Source: Raillietiella orientalis
Taxonomy: Eukaryota
DNA length: 64,000 nt
Assembly (NCBI GenBank): GCA_036172245.1
Contig: JAYWIR010000126.1
Location: 1-64,000, forward strand
Direction: 5' to 3'
Shown: one piece after another, positions 57,995 through 64,000 of the stretch
Position numbering within the stretch: position 1 is the stretch's first letter
Layout: each line of letters starts with the position of its first letter
Notes under the pieces: model-generated
The model's input: only the letters and a program-made list of their open reading frames with translations
Databases searched by the model: none
What the model was told of the DNA's origin: nothing
Position numbers and translations under genes: made by a program

Positions 57995-60595
57995 GCCGCA
58001 CGCGTTTTTGGTCAGCTCCCGTGAGGGAAGCCAAAACTAGGTGTTGTGTGAATTGGAAGTGCGGACGTTGGAAGGCAGAAATACCTGAAGATGCCAAAGT
58101 TCCTGCGACGGGAGACGTAAGGCCCACGTCCCCCCAACCTATGGAGGTGGGGTCATGCCCCACCAGAAAATCAGCCCCCGCCACCCCGGCGAGGGCGTGG
58201 AACAAGGTGACCGCGGCTGCTCCGCCGGACGTGACCGCCGAAGTGCAGGCCTACATAAAGGAGGGCTACAACCCTGCCATCCTTTACAAGGTAGGAAACC
58301 TATATTCTCCGCTTACAACGCGGAAATTTGGAAACGCCATCCGTAGGATGGGAATCTCTGACGAGGAGATACTTTGCTTCTCGATTCGGAGCAACGGCCA
58401 GTTCACGGAGCTGATCTGCAGAGATGCAGCGCTCACACACAAACTGCTCTGCACGCCCGTTCCGTTCGAAGGGCGGAATCTCCTCCCACACACGGTGGAT
58501 CACTCTATGGTGATCCACCTCACGGGTACAACGGTGCGGATGACCAATGAAGCCATCCGCACTGAAATCAACAAATTCGCGGAGATATACGCGATGTGGT
58601 CAAAGCCCAACGCCTTTACTTATCGAGGCGCATTCAGTAGGCGAGTGGCTGCACGCATAACTCTCCGCGAAAATGAAGAACTTCCCCACAAGCTTGAAGT
58701 CAACGACGAGCTCGTCGACCTTTGGTACGTGGAGAAGGAAAAATACTGTGGGCTGTGCAACACATTCGGGCATCTTAAAAAGAGATGCCCGGATGCTAGA
58801 TGCCCATCTTGCGGCGCGAAGGGCCACCCTAGTGCTGTGTGCCCGAAAACCACCGCGACAACGCCTTCTGCCCCTTCGACAAACGAGGGGAAGAAGGCAG
58901 AATTTAAAGCAAAGAGCGATGGAAAGCCGACTTCAGAAGAAGTCGTGCACAAGGAGCAGGAGCCTCAAAAGGAGACTTCTGATCCAAATGCCGACGAGGA
59001 AGGCTGGAAAATAGTCTCCGGCGAAAAACCCAAACAAATTGAAAACTAAACAAAAAAAATTACCACAAAAAACTCAAAAAATCAGAACGCGAGCGTTCCG
59101 AAAAAACCCGCGGACGGCAAACCAAAAATTCCGCAGCGCGAGTGCATAAAGGAATGCCGCGTTACAATCGAGCGCGTTCCGTCGATCGAGCGTCGATCGG
59201 CGAACGCGACTCCCGCAACCGTCGCGAACGCCGCAGAACCGCCGCAGGAATCCTGCGACAAACACGCGAGCAGCAGCGACGAGAAAAACTTCGCGAAAGT
59301 GGCAGGGGAACTCGCAACCACCTTAATACGGCCGCCTAAGGCTGCAAAGAAGGCCGTCAGACGTCCGGCGGAAGTTAAGGGCCCGGAAACTTCGGGGTCC
59401 GAGGCGGAAGCCAGAAACGCTCTTACCGTCGCTCTTCCGAAGTGGAAGGCGGTCCGGAAGTCGCGCAACCCTATGGGCGTCGCTCTTCCTCAGGCTGAGG
59501 AGGAGGAGATGCGCTCGGATAGCGAGAAGGCGATGTCCGCGAGGTCGCGGGATCCCTCCATCGACAGCATCCGGTCGGTCCTTCCTATCGACCTCAGTCC
59601 GGCTGCAGACGTTCCGGTCGTTGCCGAAACGCCGCCACCGCAGATGGACAACGACCAGCCGCCTCCCGAACAGGAGGCGGCAATACACACGCCACCACCA
59701 TCACTAGTATGATGCGAGGAATCGCCTCTTACCTGGAGCTGCGTATAGCCTGTTGGAATGTCAATGGGCTGCGTAGCGAAAGCAAGAGGCGTAGCGTGGC
59801 CGACACCCTGCGACCTTTCGACCTGGCACTTCTTGAAGAGGTGCATGCCCTCAGAGCAGAGGACGTCCAGGAAATCGAGAGGCTCACAGGGGGGAGGCTA
59901 CTTTGGCGTGGTGGAGGAGACCATTCCCGCGGAGTGGCCTTTCTGCTGAAGACGGCCGTCGCCAATGCGGTGCGCAGTGCACAGTTCGACGAGGAAGGTC
60001 GAGTAGGACAACTTGTCCTTAAGTGTTCCGAATCGATCGACCTCGTAGTCACGAACCTGTACGTGCCCTGCACCAGCCACAGTCGCGCAGAACGCACTGC
60101 GTTCTTCGAAGCCCTGCGGCGAGACTGGCTGGCCGGAGCAGGCGTGCGGCGGGCGCATCTGATAGCGGGAGACTTCAACGTTTGCCTGCTGTCGGAAGCG
60201 CCCGACATACAAGCACAATTGGGCAACGAGTTATGTGCGGCTATGAACACACGCAACTTGTTGGCCGATGAAGCCGGAGCGAGAAGCAGAATCGACCACG
60301 TGTTCCTCGATAACCACTTGTGTACGCGGGTGGGGACTCAAGGAGCAAATGCGTCGGAGCTGTCCGATCACCCTAGACTAGTGATCAAGATTCACCCGCG
60401 CGACAGAGGTCCACCCTCCGAAGCGTGGCGCCTGCCGGGGGACTGGTTGCGACTCGCTGGAGCGCGCGAACATCTGCGCGCATTTCTGCGTAGTTGCGAA
60501 CTGCAGACTCTCGCTGACTGGGACAAAATAAAACGCTCACTCCAAGAGTTCTGTGACCAGTTTCCCCTCCATCAACTTCCTCCAGGTTTGGGCGA
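57995..60595 (+). mobile_element. Copy G', inverted duplicate of G
   Basis: 58021-59049 identical in translation to 26316-27344; APE from 59709; ATGATG junction. Confidence 0.94.
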
Positions 60596-63544
60596 TGCCA
60601 CCCGGATACGCCGGGACGTTTATTAAAAACATTTCAACGGTCAATACAGTACGTGGTACAAGGCTCTACTGACGGCCACGCAATACCGGAACTGCCGGGA
60701 CACCGGGACGCAGCCCGGTGTGGCTCTCCTCGGCTGTGCAGGGGGATGAGGGATTAAACAAAAATAAATTTAAAGAGAAAAACAAACCACAAAAAAGAGT
60801 TTGGAGGGCCGGGATGGGATCACAGAAGTCTGCTGGGAGCGCCCATCCTTTGCAGGATGCCTTCTAGTTCCATTTTCAGTTTTCCCAGATTGGGCCATCG
60901 GGTAGCTCTCTGCAGGAAGCGAGAAGCATACTCGATGACGTCCCTCACGATGCAGTCTTCATCTTCGGCATCACTCCAGGCCGCCACGATACCACGAATG
61001 CAGCAAAGTGCTGCCAGGGCTGCGGCTGGACTGAGGGCGTCCCGCACGAAGACAGGACTGAAGACACATCCAACATTGCCACCATCCGGTATCCGGAGGG
61101 CCGTTTTCAGACGATCCCAAAGAATCCAGACGGCAAGGCATTCAACTACGAGGTGAGGGAGCGACTCCCGCTCCCCACACCTTGCACACGCAGGATTTAC
61201 TCTTCCCCGCGTCCAGTGGAAACGGCTCGCGCTGCAGGGTAGACCCCAAAGGTGCCACAGAAGCGCCGATTCTTGCCACTTCAGAAGAAGAATCCTGGAT
61301 CCAAGTAGGAACGGGCGCCACTTCAGGTCATCCAATCGAATGCCGAGCAGCTCGCCCCATCTTCTTAATCCGCGCGGCTGGAGACTAGGGGTCGTTGCAT
61401 CTGTCAACTCTTTCATGGTCCAGCCGCTCATCATCTTCTCTGTGCCTGCGATACGGCAGCAGACTTGCCACCTTGACTTCCGGCTTTCGTGAAGCGCCCT
61501 TTGGAGGGAGGGCATCGCCGTAACAAGGGGTGTGCCTTCCGCCCACGTGCAACTCGGTGGAAATTGAAGAATTTCACGGAGAGTGCGGTGGGCGTAAAAG
61601 CCGACACGCAGGCAGTTCATCCGGTCTTCGCACATCTGGTTCTGCTTGGCCCATGTGCCAGCAGTCTCTTCCAGCAAAGCGGAGGAGTCGGCGGGGCAGC
61701 AAACCATCCAGCTGTTCTCCTTGGCCAATGTTGCCATGCGCCCGAGCTGTAGGCCGCATCTTCGAATCTTCCGGCCAGAACACAGAAGAAACGATGCGAG
61801 TCCTTCGCAGCGGGACACACGCCTGTCCAGGAGGCGGGCCTGAATGCAGCAAGCGGTGCTCCACATCTTCGCTGCGATGGCGAGGGTTTGCCATCGCAGA
61901 TGGATTTCCACGGGCTCCAGCGTCAGGATGCTGAGACCGCCGTCCCGACGCGGAGCGCACAAGTCCTTCAAAAGGAATCGGGGCCTCCCCTTGCCCCAAA
62001 GAGGTATGCGAAGGAGGTCCTTCGTCCGCTTTTTTGCTTCCACGGGGTCGAGGCAAACAAAAAGCAAGGGGCGGAGGATGGAGGCCGCGAAGGCGTTCCA
62101 AACCGCGGCCCGTTCCGGCAAGTGAAACTTTCCTTCCAGGAACGGGCCGATCGCCGTCTCGACTTTTTGGAGGCAGCTGGAACACGCTTCCGCAGGGGAG
62201 AAGTCCCCCAACGGCACACCGAGGTACTTGATGCACCTCACCGTGGGGATCCCTAGACGGACCCAGTCCTGCTGCCCTGCGCACGTCGCTCCAGCTGGCA
62301 ACACTGTCGACTTCGCCCTGTTAACATGTAATCCGGCCCCACGGCTAAGCAGGTCGAAGAAATCTCCGACTGCCTCAGCCGGGGTGGACATAGGTAAGAG
62401 GAGCAGAAGATCGTCGGCATACGCCGCTACAGCTGGCGTGCCGAAGCACGAGCTCGGCAAGGGGGCCAAAGTCTCCATGTACGCTCTCAGCACCAACTCA
62501 GCGTAGGTGCTAAAAAGCAGGGGGCTGAGGCTGTCGCCCTGCCTTATGCCCCGCCGCACCGGCACGCCATACACCTTTTGTCCACTGAAATCAATCGAGA
62601 TTATCGCGTTTCGGCAGCAAGAGCGCAGGTAGGTAATCAAGGAGGGTGGAAAGCCCATGCGACCCAGGAGCTCCAAGAGGAGTTCCTGATCAACACAGTC
62701 GAATGCCTTATGCAGGTCGACTGAGATCGCTAAGGCCCCTTTTCCCGCATGAGCGTCCCCACCCTGTCCTACTGGCGGCCCTAAAGTAGGGTTGCAAATT
62801 TTTCCTTTCCCTTCTTTCTTACTCCGCTGCGCGTGCATCCGTGTGCTCGCGAAGAAGAGGTTGTCGTCCATACTTCACCCTGGAACAGCGTAAGTCTGTT
62901 TCGGGCTAATTATGGAATTGGACACCTGCCCTAATCGCGACGCCCACAGCCCGGCAATGAACTTGGCGTCCGTGTTTACAATCGTGTTGGGACGCCAGCT
63001 ACAATGTTTCCTGAGGTCTCCTCCCTTCGCGAGGAGCCTCACCCTGGCTGACCGAAACGAGGCGGGAACATCGCCTTCGTCTCGAATTCGCCTTGTCAAC
63101 TCGAGCACCAGGGGGGACAGTTATTCCGCAAAACTCTGAAAGAACTCCGCGAACAAGCCGTCCTCCCCTGGCGCCTTACGCCTCTTGAGCATTTTGATAC
63201 CGGCGAGAATTTCACCGGTCGTGAAAGGCTCATCGAGGTTTTCTATCTCCTCCTCCCCTATCGCCAAGGAACCGCTCATGAGCAATCGCCGCGAGGCGTT
63301 TTGTTCGAGTGGTGTTTTGGCGTGAAGGGAAGAATAAAAACACCGCACGAGATTCCGTACCGCAGACGGAGACGAACGTTCCCGGCCCAGGTCATCCGGC
63401 ATGCTGGCTGACCCGGATTGCCAGGCTTGTCGCTTGGCTCCGGCGCGGTATTCGGCCAGGCGACGGACATTGGGGTTCCTCTCTTGACGACGCGCGTGCA
63501 AATACGCGCGTTCGTTGCGAGCCCCTTTGCTGAATTCCCGCTGT
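60596..63544 (-). mobile_element. Copy F', inverted duplicate of F
   Basis: Same junctions as F; several percent diverged. Confidence 0.94.
60820..62871 (-). CDS. Uninterrupted 683-aa RT plus C-terminal zinc-finger portion of ORF2 (N-terminally truncated)
   Basis: HKAFD, GIRQGDSLSP, AYADD, KYLG, CARCGERESLPHLVVEC; lacks the stop that F has at 23952. Confidence 0.75.
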   Translation of the reverse strand: MDDNLFFASTRMHAQRSKKEGKGKICNPTLGPPVGQGGDAHAGKGALAISVDLHKAFDCVDQELLLELLGRMGFPPSLITYLRSCCRNAIISIDFSGQKVYGVPVRRGIRQGDSLSPLLFSTYAELVLRAYMETLAPLPSSCFGTPAVAAYADDLLLLLPMSTPAEAVGDFFDLLSRGAGLHVNRAKSTVLPAGATCAGQQDWVRLGIPTVRCIKYLGVPLGDFSPAEACSSCLQKVETAIGPFLEGKFHLPERAAVWNAFAASILRPLLFVCLDPVEAKKRTKDLLRIPLWGKGRPRFLLKDLCAPRRDGGLSILTLEPVEIHLRWQTLAIAAKMWSTACCIQARLLDRRVSRCEGLASFLLCSGRKIRRCGLQLGRMATLAKENSWMVCCPADSSALLEETAGTWAKQNQMCEDRMNCLRVGFYAHRTLREILQFPPSCTWAEGTPLVTAMPSLQRALHESRKSRWQVCCRIAGTEKMMSGWTMKELTDATTPSLQPRGLRRWGELLGIRLDDLKWRPFLLGSRILLLKWQESALLWHLWGLPCSASRFHWTRGRVNPACARCGERESLPHLVVECLAVWILWDRLKTALRIPDGGNVGCVFSPVFVRDALSPAAALAALCCIRGIVAAWSDAEDEDCIVRDVIEYASRFLQRATRWPNLGKLKMELEGILQRMGAPSRLL

Positions 63545-64000
63545 GGAGAGCGGACGTGCTTTTCCTGCGCTACGCTTGCGTGGCAAAGCGGGTGGTTTTT
63601 CTTTCTTGAGTGATTTGGGCGTGCCCATCGTCGGTGTCCGATGGCAGCGTTGCCAGAGGACACCGCGATGAAAGTAAGCGTGATGGAGGCTTGTTCGTCC
63701 ATACAGCCTACTGGATCAGGGGCATCCGCCCCGGAATCGTCCCCGGCGACACCGAGGTCATGGAGCGCCATGGTGGCCGTGCCTAGCGTGGAAGCCATGG
63801 CCGAGATGGAAGCCTACAAGTAAGCGGGGTATAAACCCTCGCAAGTTTACAAGGTAGGCAACCTTTTCGATGGGCAAACTGAACGCGCCTTTACGAAGGC
63901 GCTGCAGAACGCCAATATTTTCGAAAAAGATCTCGACGGCCTCTGCGTACTCAGCGGCGGGCAGCGGGTCGAGGTGGTATGCAAGGATATCACCTTGGCC
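63545..64000 (+). mobile_element. Copy D', inverted duplicate of the 5' end of D; runs off the right edge
   Basis: GGAGAGCGGACGTG; MAALPEDTAMK at 63641. Confidence 0.93.

Larger units (their letters stand above)
53118..64000. repeat. Right arm of the inverted duplication (open-ended at the window edge)
   Basis: Reverse complement of 21365-32247, including all element junctions. Confidence 0.97.

Noticed and set aside
21365..64000. Inverted arms as TIRs of a giant DNA transposon, or as a pure assembly artefact
   Set aside because: The arms consist only of LINE fragments and there is no transposase; many arm-specific substitutions argue against simple read duplication, although read-level confirmation is still needed
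1..64000. RIP-like hypermutation, telomeric or satellite repeats, CRISPR arrays, tRNA/rRNA genes, host genes
   Set aside because: The sequence remains GC- and CpG-rich with mixed lesion types; no such arrays or genes were seen, and essentially all bases are assigned to LINE segments

Overview
The whole 64 kb is a gene-free, GC-rich eukaryotic stack of one lineage of non-LTR retrotransposons (L1/Tx1-like). Each element has ORF1 (RRM-like region, two CCHC zinc knuckles) and ORF2 (APE endonuclease, YADD reverse transcriptase, C-terminal CX2CX8HX4C finger). I resolve about 20 element segments, labelled A-K, S and primed duplicates, from several diverged subfamilies. They abut with no host DNA in between, and every copy is disabled or fragmented. 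The most striking pattern is a Russian-doll chain of seven consecutive junctions in which each element sits antisense inside the previous one, near its midpoint, with two re-used hotspots. The region also contains an inverted duplication with arms of at least 10.9 kb (21365-32247 / 53118-64000), a 6.5 kb direct duplication, and a head-to-tail tandem with a triplicated target site. Family-level novelties are a covarying three-hairpin 3' UTR ending in AATAAA plus a terminal hairpin with almost no poly(A), ORF1/ORF2 stop-start coupling that has lost its AUG in one subfamily, and an endonuclease that appears to lack the usual specificity loop. Working hypothesis (inference only): a self-targeting LINE cluster of the Zepp type, possibly centromeric or a small-RNA source. 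Most junction coordinates are accurate to within about 5 bp, and the host organism cannot be identified from this window.
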